Source: Octopus sinensis
Lineage: Eukaryota
Reading direction: 5' to 3'
Assembly: GCF_006345805.1 (NCBI RefSeq)
Contig: NC_043001.1
Coordinates: 12,400,001 to 12,464,000 of the forward strand
DNA length: 64,000 nt
Made by a program: the position numbers and the translations under genes. Under the pieces are notes generated by a model that had not been told where the DNA came from, made no database searches, and saw nothing but the letters and a program-made list of their open reading frames with translations. Below, piece after piece: positions 1 to 12,586 of this stretch (positions are counted from its first letter, which is position 1; each line of letters opens with the position of its first letter).

Positions 1-179
1 AATTTCTTATTCTCTTTTTATATAATTTTCTTAATTATTTTCATTTTAGAGTTTTGTCTATATATTTTTACACATCTATATTTCTACCTTGCTGTGCCTG
101 TGGCTGTTTTCCTTGAAAAAAAGTTTTTTCTCATCTCATTTCAGCAAAATGAATTATCTATTTCGGATTGCTGTCTGCA

Positions 180-210
180 TTTCTATCTATCTATCTATCT
201 ATCTATCTAA

Positions 211-268
<58 letters not shown>

Positions 269-445
269 GCTTCCATTGGTATGTGTGTGTTTCCGTATGT
301 ATTGTAATATATATTTACATAAGCGTTGTCGGACTGCGTACCTGTACCACTTTTTATATATGTATATATATACATATATATATGTATGTATGCATGTATG
401 TATGTATGTATATACATATACATATATATATGTATGTGTATATAC

Positions 446-480
<35 letters not shown>

Positions 481-545
481 CATGCACATATACATACACA
501 GAAATATATACATATATGTATGTATATATGTGTGTGTTCGTTGAA
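180..545. repeat. Compound microsatellite (TATC)n then (TA)/(TACA)/(TG)n
   Basis: Directly visible. It explains the Ile/Tyr/His-rich ORFs in the track. Confidence 0.95.
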
Positions 546-952
546 TATGTGTATGTGTATGTGGCGCTTAAATGTTATAACTTAAATTTTGCATGTAACC
601 GCAAGCGTAGATTCATTAACTCTATCAAAGCCTGAGTTATTTATATTGGCCAAATAACGTTTGGAGAAAACTAATGCTTCTGATGATCTACAAGATTCTT
701 GGCAAAAAAAAAAAATATATATATATATACGCGAGGTGCCTCAAGTATTTTTTTGAGCAGAATTTGTACCATCAAATTTATAGTCACTTAGCAATGAACT
801 GTCTAGATTTTGATCAAATATTTATAATATATATTAGTTGGGCATTACTGTATTTAATTGTGCGAGAAAATGAGTACTATTTTTAGATCACAAAGCATGT
901 CTTATGTAAAAGTAGATGCTGCGACAAACTATAGGTTTATATACAAAAAAAC

Positions 953-1119
953 ATGAGTAGCTGTGTGGTAAGTAGCTGGCTTCCGAACCACATGATTCCG
1001 AGTTCAGTCCCACTGCGTGGCCTCTTGGGCTAATGTCTTCTGCTATAGCCTCGGGCCGACCAAAAACCTTGTGAGTGGATTTGTTAGACGAAAACTAAAA
1101 GAAGCCCGTCGTATATATG

Positions 1120-1202
<83 letters not shown>

Positions 1203-1407
1203 TTGTGTGTCTGTGTTTGTCCCCCCAACATCGCTTGACAGCCGATGCTGGTGTGTTTACGTCCCCATAACTTAGCGATTCGGCAAAAGAGACCGATATA
1301 ATAAGTACTGGGCTTACAAAGAATAAGTACTGGGTTCGATTTGCTCGACTAAATTTGGTGCTCCAGCATGGCCACAGTCACATGACTGAAACAAGTAAAA
1401 GAGTAGA
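953..1407 (+). mobile_element. tRNA-derived SINE family A (octopus OK-like, CORE-type), with internal (TA)(TG)n
   Basis: Head GAGTAGCTGTGTGGTAAG...GAGTTCAGTCCC (A/B-box-like), CORE-like TTGGGCxAxGTCTTCT, tail CCAGCATGGCCACAGTCACATGACTGAAACAAGTAAAAGAGT. At least 7 copies in the window. The family name is recalled, not searched. Confidence 0.85.
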
Positions 1408-1484
1408 ACCTCTAACGTATATTGCTGTTTATATTGAAAATCTGTTCTGATTACTTCAAATATTTGTAACCTAATAATTTGTAG

Positions 1485-1639
1485 ATATTAAGGAACGATC
1501 TCTCTAAATTATATCAGAGAAAGAGATTTGCTCCTACACTAAGAACTACGTTCACTGATGTTAGTATTCTGGCTAATGTGGTGAGACGGACTAACAAGCG
1601 AGCAACATCGGAAACCGAAAGAAAAATAACTTTATACAG
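1485..1639 (+). CDS. Candidate internal coding exon of an unidentified host gene
   Basis: Acceptor CTAATAATTTGTAG, donor AG|GTAGGC. Open throughout: ILRNDLSKLYQRKRFAPTLRTTFTDVSILANVVRRTNKRATSETERKITLY+AG (phase 2). No homology recognised. Confidence 0.3.
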
Positions 1640-2020
1640 GTAGGCAACGAAATCGCATATTTAACATTTTCAGCATATTACGTGACAACTAAGTAAAGCG
1701 GCATCGTCCTACGAAGGTAATTTCGTTCGAATAATGCGACAGATGTGTTTTTATTGATGTAATCAGAATTGTTGAATTCACGAATACGTGAAAATCTGTG
1801 AGAACACTAGAAGTTTAAAAAAAAGGGATCACACCGCCATCCAAAAGAAAAAAATAATTACAACTATGGATGAATAATGTAGGAAAAGGTTTGGATATTT
1901 TATTAACCATTATATAAAGAAAGATAAGAATTAATATAACTCTGGAATATTTCAGTTTGAAAGGGCGCAATATTGCGGGTTGTTATAAGTATGGCAAAAT
2001 ATTAAGTGAGAAATGTATAC

Positions 2021-2380
2021 TTTTTTATTCTTTTTCAGTCATTTGACTGCAGCCATGCTGGAGCACCACATTTAGTCTAGCAAATCGACCCCAGGACTTA
2101 TTCTTTGTAAGCCTAGTACTTATTATGTCGGTCTGTTTTGCCGAACCGCTAGGTTACGGGGACGTAAACGCACCGGCATCGGTTGTCAAGCGATGTTGGA
2201 GGGACACAGACACATATATACGACGGGATTCTTTCAGTTTCCGTCTACCAAATCCACTCACAAGGCTTTGGTCGGCCCGAGGCTATAGTACAAGACACTT
2301 GACCAAAGTGCTATTCAGTGGGACTTAGCCCGAAACCATGTGGGTCGTAAGCAAGCTACTTACCACATAGCCACTCCTGC
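2021..2380 (-). mobile_element. SINE family A copy
   Basis: Reverse complement of the 953-1407 family. Confidence 0.85.
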
Positions 2381-2806
2381 TTAGATTTTTTGAAAAAGGA
2401 AACACTATCTGTATGACATGAGCATATTCTGATTGATTCCTACAATGTCGTTGACAGGTAATAGACTCGACTCAGTTATTTCGTATGATATTTTAATGAT
2501 ATCAAGATGAATGTTTTCTTACCATCCTAGCACCATTCGTACCAGACAGCACCCTAAGGAAATCAAACTCTCCCAATTTGACTTGTTCCTTGCAAATAAA
2601 CAGTATTAACTGTTTTTGTTATATTGCGCCGCGCACACAATGTCTTTGAATCGGAAAATATATATCATATTCTTTTGTCATATTATTAACGAATAAACTA
2701 CCGCTTACTAACTGCAAAACCAATTAGGCATTTCCATTCGTAAATATTAAATAATGAGCTTTTTTCTTAATTGTAGTTCATACCCAACGTATAATTTACA
2801 ATATTC

Positions 2807-2898
<92 letters not shown>

Positions 2899-3252
2899 CT
2901 GTGTGTGTGTCTGTGTGTGCATCCATAGAATTTGCAACTGCTCTAATAGTTTTAACAGGCGGATTGTTTTTCAATTTGTGTTTCATCAAATTAAAGTGGT
3001 AATTAATCCGAAAAACTAATATCACAAAACCCGAAACAAAGAGAAAACAAATGTGTAAATCAAATATGAAAATATTTAGAATATGGATGAGAAAGAGAAA
3101 GGGAATAAAACTAAAACGGGAGAAGTAGTGGTAGGGAAAATAATTTTTCAATTAAACACATATCTGACACGTTCATCCATCCAAAACAATTTCATGCGTA
3201 CAGATAAACACACACGAATTTTCACACACAACCACATTTATTTTTTTATTGT

Positions 3253-4023
3253 CCACATGGGGCTGAAATAGAGGGGACAAGCAAGGACAGGCAAAGGGAT
3301 TAAGTCGATTACATCGGCCCCAGTGCGTAACTGGTACTTATTTAATCGACCACGAAAGGGTGAACAGCAAAGTCGACCTCGGCGGAATTTGAACTCAGAA
3401 CGTAAAGACAGACGAAATACCTATTTCTTTACTACTCACAAAGGGGCTAAACACAGAGAGGACAAAACAAGGACAGACAAACGGATTAAGTGGATTATAT
3501 CGAGCCAGTGTGTAACTGGTACTTAATTTATCGACCCCGAAAGGATGAAAGGCAAAGTTGACCTCGGAGGAATTTGAACTCAGAACGTAACGGCAGACGA
3601 AATACCTATTTCTTTACTTCCCACAAAGAGGCTAAACACAGAGAGGACAAAACAAGGACAGACAAACGGATTAAGTGGATTATATCGAGCCAGTGTGTAA
3701 CTGGTACTTAATTTATCGACCCCGAAAGGATGAAAGGCAAAGTCGACCTCGGAGGAATTTGAACTCAGAACGTAAAGACAGACGAAATACCCATTTCTTT
3801 ACTACCCACATAGGGGCTAAACACAGAGGGGACAAACAAGGACAGACAAAGGGATTAAGTCGATTACATCGACACCAGTGCGTTACTGGTACTTAACTTA
3901 TCGACCCCGAAAGGATGACAGGCAAAGTCGATCTCGGCGGAATTTGAACTCAGAACGTAACGGCAGACGAAATACCGCTAAGCATTTCGCCCGGCGTGCT
4001 AACCACTCAGCCAGCTTCCCGCC
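3253..4023 (-). mobile_element. SINE family B tandem array: one head plus four ~185-bp units
   Basis: Unit junctions at 3421, 3606, 3791. Head GGCGGAAGCTGGCTGAGTGGTTAGCACGCCGGGCGAAATGC (minus strand) occurs only once; B-box GAGTTCAAATTCC is in every unit. Confidence 0.85.
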
Positions 4024-4569
4024 TTGCACAAGCACACATTTGCGCACAGAAACTAACACATAGGTAATGTTCTGACTCGCACATATATACCTCTGACAGA
4101 CATACAATTATTTATACATAATCAATAAACGGAAATATCCCATGCAACAATGGTTTAAAGCTTTTGAATGGCTTTCTTTTTCTTTTCTGCCCCCACCTTG
4201 AGAGAAAGGAAGGAAAATTCACTAAAATATTGAATACACAGAGATTCGTAGTTAAGATTTCCTGTCTGTATTTTGTTGTATATTATTTTATAGAAATCTA
4301 ATAACATAAGAAAAGGAACACGTTAAATTTGATATGTATTTTGATCCATTGAATTATTAACGTTTACCTCATGTTGCTTAGCTGTTGGATATAGAATATA
4401 CTAGAATGAAACAAATACTACTGATTTCAAGAAAATAAATACGAGCGAAACGCGTGTCAGGTTTTTATCAAATGATTTATCGGTTAGTTGAGAATTTTGA
4501 ATAGTTATAAATATTCATATACCACTGTATTGTTCTGTACACGCATGGATGTGTCAGTTTATTTCGCAG

Positions 4570-4663
4570 ATGTAACATTCTGGATACCAAGAAGAGTTTT
4601 GTTATTTGGAGAATTCTCTTGGGTGGTGATAAGTGGGAAGGCTCAAAATGTCACTGTTCTTGA
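4570..4663 (+). CDS. Candidate terminal coding exon, phase-compatible with 1485-1639
   Basis: Acceptor TTTATTTCGCAG. A+TGT... reads (R)CNILDTKKSFVIWRILLGGDKWEGSKCHCS-stop. Confidence 0.3.
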
Positions 4664-5049
4664 GACATAACAACGTAAATATGCATATTTACATTCCAGG
4701 CTCAAGTCGCATGATCCTGCATTGCATTATTTTTAACAACTACAGCACATGTGAAAAGGCCTGTTACATTGACCCTCGTCTCGAATGTCTATTTTTGTCG
4801 CTGATGCATTTGATATTTTTTGTAGCGGTATATCTGTTATTCACATTTGAGGGAGCCATTATATATATATAGTCTCTTACAGAGTCTGCAAAAAATAAAA
4901 CGAAAGGAAAATCAGAAAAGGTAATCCCTAACTGCATATTCTGGGGGGAAAGAAACAGCTATGAACAGCTATTTTATCAACGGTAAATTATGTATTACTT
5001 GCTTTTTAGTATTCTCGTTTGTGAGAATAGTCGAATTTATTTCAGATAT

Positions 5050-7075
5050 TCTCATTTGTCTGTGTCCGTGTTGCCCTTCTTTATAGAGGCCTTGTGCCTA
5101 ATAAAAGAAACCAGGACGTCGGTGTTGCAGACTAACAACTTGTTTGTTTTAGTTCTGAGTTTCGTCATTCTTGGCCACGGTTTTGGATTTTTGCGGCATG
5201 TTAAAGCCTGTCTCTTCGAGACTGTGGAAGCACTCCGTCGGTTACGACGACGAGGGTTCCGGTTGATCCGAATCAACGGAACAGACTGCTCGTGAAATTA
5301 ATGTGTAAGTGGCTGAGCACTCCACAGACACGTGTACCCTTAACGCAGTTCTCAGGGATATTCAGCGTGACACAGAGAGTGACAAGGCCGGCCCTTTGAA
5401 ATGCAGGTACAACAGAAACAGGAAGTAAGAGTGAGAGAAAGTTGTGGTGAAAGAGTACAGCAGGGATCACCACCATCCCTGCCGGAGCCTCGTGGAACTT
5501 TAGGTGTTTTCGCTCAATAAACACTCACAACGCCCGGTCTGGGAATCGAAACCGCGATCCTATGACCGCGAGTCCGCTGCCCTAACCACTGGGCCATTGC
5601 GCCTCCACTCTTCGAGACTGTGCGCTCTTGAAGAATTGTTATGTATCACTCTTTATCGTTGAGCGACTCACGCGTGGGTATTTTCTCCCCCATTGTGGAG
5701 CTGAAAGGTTCGTTATTTAATATGGAAAAACGGTGAGAGCTACGCAAATGCCGCTGCAGTAAGAGCGGCACCATCATTTGACCTGAAACAGATAATAGTG
5801 AATAAGGAGGAAATACGAAGAAGTGAACGATTTATACGAAAGGAGGGAAACACAATAAAGCAAGTCCCTCCAGAAGAAACGCTCGAGGATAAAAGTGACA
5901 GGACGGTGGTGTACCGCACGCAAGCAGTCGCCACCCATAAAATTAGGATCGTATCGTAGGATGACGTGAAGGCATGTTTGGTATCCATTTTGAAAACGGC
6001 AACATTCGTCAGCTGAAAAAGTATGGTACGGTGGAAGTGAGGTTGCCACCAAAGAAGAGGCTGTCTCACATTCCTCCACTATTTTACGCAGTTAAAACGT
6101 GACGCTATTGCCCACATACAGGCGCAGGGGCAGTGTACGCATTCGCATTAGAAATGTGCCACCAGAAATAAAGCTAGGGTGGTTGGTAGCAGCTGTTATG
6201 GCTACCACCGAGGAGAATCCCGAAATAATATCAGTGGGAAAAACTATCAAGTTGAACAGGTGGGGTGTTCGGTGTCGTGATGTGGCTTTTTGCTACTTTC
6301 AAGGACATCGAAAGGGTCTCTTACCAGATAGAGATTCCGGGAGAGTGTTCCCTCAAAGTGGTTTTTGAAGGACGAAGACGAAATTGCTATAAGTGTGGAA
6401 TAAGAGGACACATGAAGACGCAGTGTCCCAAGCACCAGCCTCCTGAGAGTAAGATGGCTGTTGAGAGGGACCAAGAAGCAATTGAGACCAAAGTATCAAG
6501 TGACATAATAACGGACGGAGACAGCAAAAGTGATATGGAGTGCGCTAGGGATACGGAAGAGGTGGAGTCAAATAAAGGCAGAACGGAAGCGACAATTGAG
6601 GGAAGTGACGGGTTTGTCAGCTCCAAAAGGAGGGAAAAGGTGACAACATAGCACAACTCTGAGAGACCAGCACCAGAACCGGATGAGACATCCAAAAGAG
6701 GTAAGGAACCGGCTATATTTAGATACATGCAGACGGTTGCAAGAGAACCAAAAGGGCGGGTATCATTAGAAGGGACTGAAGAGCAGGTTTTGAAAAATAA
6801 GGCATTTGCATTTTACTACGGGAAGATGTGGAAGTGGAAAAAGGATTTCCAAGTGGAGGGATTTAATTAGGGGGAAACTACCCAGGGAGGATTTCATGGA
6901 TGGACAAAAGTGTGTATTATGGCACAAAGACAGATACAACACGTTTATAAAAACATATGCAAAGTATGTAATTTCCATTGGCGGGTTGGTGGAGATTCAT
7001 ACCCTACTACCCATAATTCAACATAAAGCTTTGGTATGGTTTAAAATATTGTAAAATATAAACATTTAAATGTGA
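5050..7075 (+). mobile_element. Internally deleted non-LTR retrotransposon (L1/Tx1-like): 5'UTR, disrupted gag-like ORF1 with CCHC zinc knuckle, short putative ORF2 C-terminus
   Basis: ORF1 remnant ~5722-6651 (SYANAAAVR..., PTYRRRGSVRIRIRNVPPEI, LKVVFEGRRRN-CYKCGIRGHMKTQC; knuckle 6385-6426) with stops and frameshifts. No endonuclease or RT core seen. Clade assignment is an inference. Confidence 0.65.
5227..5607 (-). mobile_element. tRNA-derived SINE family C (OR-like) with 15-bp TSD, nested in the LINE 5'UTR
   Basis: A-box TGGCCCAGTGG and B-box GGTTTCGATTCCC on the minus strand. TSD CTCTTCGAGACTGTG at 5212-5226 and 5608-5622. Confidence 0.9.
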
Positions 7076-7159
7076 AGATATGAGCGTTTAAAAGGAAAAA
7101 GAAAACTGCTCAAAAAATAACGTTTAAATGTAACCACTCGACTGGGGTGGGTTCGAGTG

Positions 7160-7370
7160 GGCATTGCGCCTCATTTTATCGTTTTTATATTTTCATTCTT
7201 TCTTTTTATTTTTTCTTCTTCATCGATTTCTTTCTGTATATATATTTCCCCGATCATGTGCCCTGTGCTGTTTTGTATCTATGTTTGCCCCCTATGTGAG
7301 TAATGAAAACAACAGAACGTTGGTGTTGCTTTCGCGGAGGTTTTCGCTCCCTGCGTGATCTTGTTATCAT
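7160..7370 (+). mobile_element. Probable isolated 5'UTR fragment of a related LINE
   Basis: Starts GCGCC-TCATTT (initiator-like) followed by a T-rich leader, like the leader at 5050. Confidence 0.3.
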
Positions 7371-8018
7371 TTTATATTACCTTGTTTCCTTTCTATATAT
7401 CTTAGTATAGTATATTTTATTGGCTACTTTTATAAATTTTTTTAAAAGAATAAACTTACTAAAATTTTTCATTATAGTTTTTAATATAGTTCTTCTCTGA
7501 GATATTTTCTTATATTTCCTCGTATATTTTATAAATCTTATATCTTATATCCTTATAGCTTAAGATTTTATATACTATTCATATAATTTTTAAATTTTTG
7601 TATGTTTTATTAATATTATAACAGTTTTGAAATTGTTTTCATATATCCCACTGTGTAATGTGAACCTAAATTTATAAAATTCCTATACTTTTTACACATT
7701 ATACATTTTATATATATTAATCTCATCTTTCTTTTATATTTTCATGTCTTCATATATAAATCGTTTATATTTTTATATATTTTCTTATATTATATTTTAT
7801 ATTTATAATTGTGATTAATTTTGTTATCTTTATTTAAAATTTCCTTACATTTCTGAAGTTTTCATAGTATAACAATTTCGCTGGCAATTTATAAATTTAA
7901 AAAATATTTTAATAAAATTTATTCTATGCTGCAACGTTATATTATCATTTATTAAATTATACATTATCGCCTTATTTAATTATATCTGAAATCTTTTCTC
8001 CCCTTTTTCATATCCATA

Positions 8019-8606
8019 TATCAGGTCATTCTATAAGTTCTGTCCGAATTTTGAATAAAGAAAACAAGTGATCAAATGTTATATTTAATTGAAATTTAAT
8101 CATCAATGTACTTTCCATGATTATCTATGACTTCCTTCCATCTATTTACAAGCTTTTTAATCCCATCAATGTAAAACTCTTTTGGTTTCAAACGAAGAAC
8201 TCCGAAATGCCAGTTTCGACCTCCTCCTGGCTTGCGAAAGTTATGTCCCACAAATGATCTTGTAAACTGCGAAACAAATGTTAGTCTGAAGGAGCAAGGT
8301 CAGAAGAAGGTGGATGAGGAATTTTTTCCCAACCATGCTCTTCGAAATTCTGAGATGTGATCTTTGCAGTGTGGAGTCGCGCATTGCCCTGATAAAACAT
8401 CACTCCTTTTCGATTCACTAAAGCGGGTCTTTTTTTCCTCAAAGCTTGGCTCAAACGCTCTAATTGGTGGCAGTAGACGTGAGCATTGATTGTTGCATTA
8501 GGGGATAAAAATTCAAAGTTTCATTTTGGTATATGACACATGTTTCTGTGTTGGTAATTATACCTGTGCTAAATAAAATGGCATTACTTTTTGACTCACC
8601 CACGTA
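8019..8606 (-). mobile_element. Tc1/mariner remnant with C-terminal transposase fragment
   Basis: Minus strand 8520-8097 reads ...NATINAHVYCHQLERLSQALRKKRPALVNRKGVMFYQGNARLHTAK...IPHPPSSDLAPSD*HLF (mariner HDNARPH and HPPYSPDLAPSD motifs). TA-flanked TIR-like ends. Confidence 0.85.
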
Positions 8607-10262
8607 TATATATATATCGAGGTGTAGGGAGAAAGTGAGCTTCAAGCTCAACTCTTGGATTATGTACGTATATGATTGTATGTATGCATGTATGCATGTA
8701 TATATATGCATACACACATACATAGCTGCATCACACATACACACACATATATCTCACTCTAATAATGAAAAAGGGGAGAAACACATAGGAGAAAATAATG
8801 TGTGTGCGTTTGGGATGGATGTATCCGTGGGTATGAAAGGCTCTTGTCTGTGTATAAAAATAGTGTAGGAATGAGGCCATGTGATCAGTTTATGGTGAAT
8901 ATACGTGTATTTTAGAAAACGCAATCTGTCATCCAGTTTTACTCTATTATCTGACCCAAGTTCACATCTGTTTCCAATCTAATGGGAGGATGTCCAGTTT
9001 GATCATAACTACCTCTGTTTAACCCCGCCAGGGGCTCTAGCTTTGTACATTTCCATTGTCCCTTCTCCAGTGATTACTTGATGAAACGTATACATTGTTG
9101 AGTAAAGGTATGTGGACTTGCTTTTAGTGAATTGCTCTCACACTCGCAGCACACTGGTTTCGATTCCTAGACGGGGTAATGCTTTGTATCCTTGACAAAA
9201 ATATTCTATTTCTTAATAGTTTTATCTACTCAGCAGCAAATAAATACTCCTACCTCTAACATGTCTCCCCTTAAGTGGAAAACGCCCCCATATTAACCGG
9301 CTTTATTATCCAAAGGTCTCGTGACTGTACTTTAGTAGATGGTGATGACCTAATTCTGATAAAGTCAATGTGGCGTCTACTAAAGCGACAGCCTTGTCAA
9401 ACATACTATTTAGAAGTAAGCAGAGCAAACGTCTGGCGTGCTGTCTTTCAATATGGATGTTACCGCCATTATTTTTGCTGTTGTTGTTCTTAGTGTCGTC
9501 GTTAGCACTGCTTAAAAAGATAACAAAAGTAGACCGCATTTGTTGTGGATATAGTGCGGACGCTGCTACAATTGCAGTTGTCATTAGCAACCGAACTTTT
9601 ATTCTGTTCTGACGTAATAGATCATATTGTGACGTCAATGAAATCGGTAGCCATGGGAAACACAATGACAGCTGTAATTCCAATGCCGCGAGCATTTAAT
9701 AAAACTAATTGATGACCGAGAATCTGTTTCCTTTCACCTTCCTCTTCACTTTCTTCCTCCAGTTCTCTCCATCTCTGTTCAAGTATACTCGTCACGCCTG
9801 CTGTGACCCACAGAAATTCCACGTTTAAGAATTTTCATTTTTTTTTCTACATCGATGTATAAATTAATAGATTCGCATAACACTGCTCTTTTCAATTATA
9901 CAGTTTCAATTTGTATTTTGATTGTGTTCGATATTTTTGGCTTCGTTAAAGTGCAACATTCGAGTAAACGGTCTTGACAAATATAAAATTTATAGAATTT
10001 CACTAGTAGATCGAATATTGTTTCCTCTAAATAAAGGAGAATTCTCTTCAGATCAACTTTTTTTTCCAATAATATTGAAAATAATCTATTAGCCGTGCTA
10101 TTTCACGTAGGGTATGTATAACGGTACAATTGGGAAGTCACACATGTGTTTAGAGGCATTTTGGGCATTCCGAAGGCGCCGTTTCAATTTCCAATTTCTG
10201 ATCATTTCTGTTTCTACATCTCTATCTTGGATATTTTCCTCCACATAAATTGCTGTTTTTAT

Positions 10263-10481
10263 TACTCTTACTCTTTACTCTTTTACTTGTTTCAGTCATT
10301 TGACTGCGGCCATGCTGGAGCACCGCCTTTAATCGAGTAACTCGACCCCGGGACTTATTCTTTTGTAAGCCCAGTACTTATTCTATCGGTCTCTTTTGCC
10401 GAACCGCTAAGTAACGGGGACATAAACACACCAGCATCGGTTGTCAAGCAATGCTAGGGGGACAAACACAGACACACAAAC

Positions 10482-10514
<33 letters not shown>

Positions 10515-10684
10515 GATATATACGACAGGCTTCTTTCAGTTTCCGTCTACCAAATCCACTCACAAGGCATTGGTCGGCCCGGGGCTATAGCAGAAGACAC
10601 TTGCCCAAGATGCCACGCAGTAGGACTGAACCCGGAACCATGTGGTTGGTTAGCAAGCTACTTACCACACAGCCACTCCCGCGC
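10263..10684 (-). mobile_element. SINE family A copy
   Basis: Same family as 953-1407. Confidence 0.9.
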
Positions 10685-10796
10685 TGTTTTTATTATTATT
10701 ATTTTTTTTTTTTTTCTTTCTTCAAATTTGCTTCCATTTCTTGCCGAGCGTCTTCCCGACTCCTAGGGCAAATTATTATTATTATTATTATTATTA

Positions 10797-10829
<33 letters not shown>

Positions 10830-10849
10830 CATTATTATTATTATTATTA

Positions 10850-11397
10850 AGTGAGAGAGCAGTGAATGCCATCAAAGTGACACTGGGGTAAAATATACGA
10901 AGCACAGTATACTCATCGTGACTACTCGTCTGATAAGGGTATACCAGGCACATGCACCACAACCATGTGTGCGCGACGTGGTGATCTCACATCAAGATAA
11001 ACAGCGCATGAACTTGTAGGTGGAGCCTAGTTAGAATTTTCCTCTCGTCGAGGAGCCCATCCCGCTCAAAAGGTCCCTGAATAAGGGTTGTTTAAGGATG
11101 CTGAACGAACCACCCATGTTTCTATAGTTGAATTATACGAACCCCGAAGAATCCCTATCAACACATGGCTATGATGCTCTTCCACTAATTCTGCACGTGA
11201 TCAGAGATGCACATATTGTCAGCCACTAAGGGACATGCTCAACTGGTTAAAGTCAAACAACTGACAAGCAAATCTGTGGTATTGAGCAGAATATTTGCTG
11301 TAGCCCGTCTTTGAATACCAAGACAAAACAATGTACATGATAACACTTCCAATCAGTTAAGATCAGAAGCCACGAGAAACACTGCTTGGTACTTCAT
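10850..11397 (-). mobile_element. ~550-bp (AAT)n-tailed non-coding retroelement (family D)
   Basis: Matches 38317-38873 and 43229-43785. Embedded in (ATT)n on both sides. Confidence 0.8.
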
Positions 11398-11440
11398 TAT
11401 TATTATTATTATCATTATTATTATTATTATTATTATTATA

Positions 11441-11492
<52 letters not shown>

Positions 11493-11586
11493 ATTATGTT
11501 TTTTCCTTCTTTCTTCAAATTTTCTTCCGTTTCTCGCCGAGTGTTTTCCATACACCTAGGGCAGAGAAAAGCATTGTATGCATTCC

Positions 11587-11644
<58 letters not shown>

Positions 11645-12008
11645 TTCTTGTTTTAGTTTTCATCTGCAACTTTGTTACAGCTACTTGCCGAGACATGCCC
11701 AGCGTCCTAGGGTGAGTGAAGGATAAGCGATGTTGCAGTATGATTGAAAGCTTGGGGAGGGTACGTATTGAAATACATTCATGTAATACAACACATACAT
11801 GTAAATGGATAGGATTTTTCTAAGGATGTGGGCAGTACTTGTCAGCACAATCTTTTGGATTTCTCTGAGACATGGTTCTCCTGGGATCTAATCTAGATGT
11901 TTCTAACATACCATTTTTTATCAAACCTTGACACCTGTTATTACTATTATTGTTGTTGATGATGATGTTGTTGTTGTCCTGTTGGTGCTGTTGTTGTTGT
12001 TAATATTA

Positions 12009-12226
12009 AGGTAGCGAGCTAGCGGAATCCTTTGCACGCCGGGCTAAATGCTTAACGAAATTTCGTCCGTCTTTTACGTTCTCGGTTCAAATTCCGCCGA
12101 GGTCCACTTTACTTTGCATCCCCTCAGAGGTCGATAAATTAAGTACCAGTTGTGTACTGAGATCGATGAAATCGATAGACCTGCCCCCAAAATTTCAGGC
12201 CATGTTCCATTGTGAATATCAATAAA
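12009..12226 (+). mobile_element. SINE family B monomer (diverged)
   Basis: Head, B-box and central TTTGCATCCCCTCAGAGGTCGATAAATTAAGTACCAGT. Confidence 0.75.
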
Positions 12227-12586
12227 GAGGCAATAACTGCAAGTTGTGTCGTTCAACTTTGTGCAAGATTGTTTGGAAATAGGGTCTCGTGTTTGGAGGT
12301 TAAGCAGCTTTTATTTTCTTGGTGGATGTGTATATTTTTGGGAAGTCATTTTAGTGGATATCTCTTGCATAGAGTATCATATTGCTAGTGTTTAGTATTA
12401 TTATATTATTTGATATTACATCTGTAGCGTGAATATAGATTTAGAAAGGCTGCATATATCTTATTAGTAGAATTCTTACAGAGAAGATTAAATTTAGGAA
12501 ATATATATTTATAACATAAAATATATTTTATTCACTGGTTGTCGATGAAACATAATCAAAATGTAGCAACTAATTGAATGAAATAA

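Noticed and set aside
89-635. Ile/Tyr/His/Val-Cys-rich ORFs here and at 24.7, 57.4-58.6 and 59.5 kb
   Set aside because: These are translations of (TA), (CA) and (TATC) microsatellites.
3253-4023. CRISPR-like regular repeats
   Set aside because: The units are contiguous 185-bp SINE bodies with no unique spacers, and the context is eukaryotic.
5540-5607. tRNA gene
   Set aside because: The A/B boxes belong to SINE heads that run into SINE bodies with TSDs; no complete cloverleaf is evident.
9275-9822. Overlapping ORFs in non-repetitive sequence
   Set aside because: No recognisable motif, no consistent frame and no splice support.
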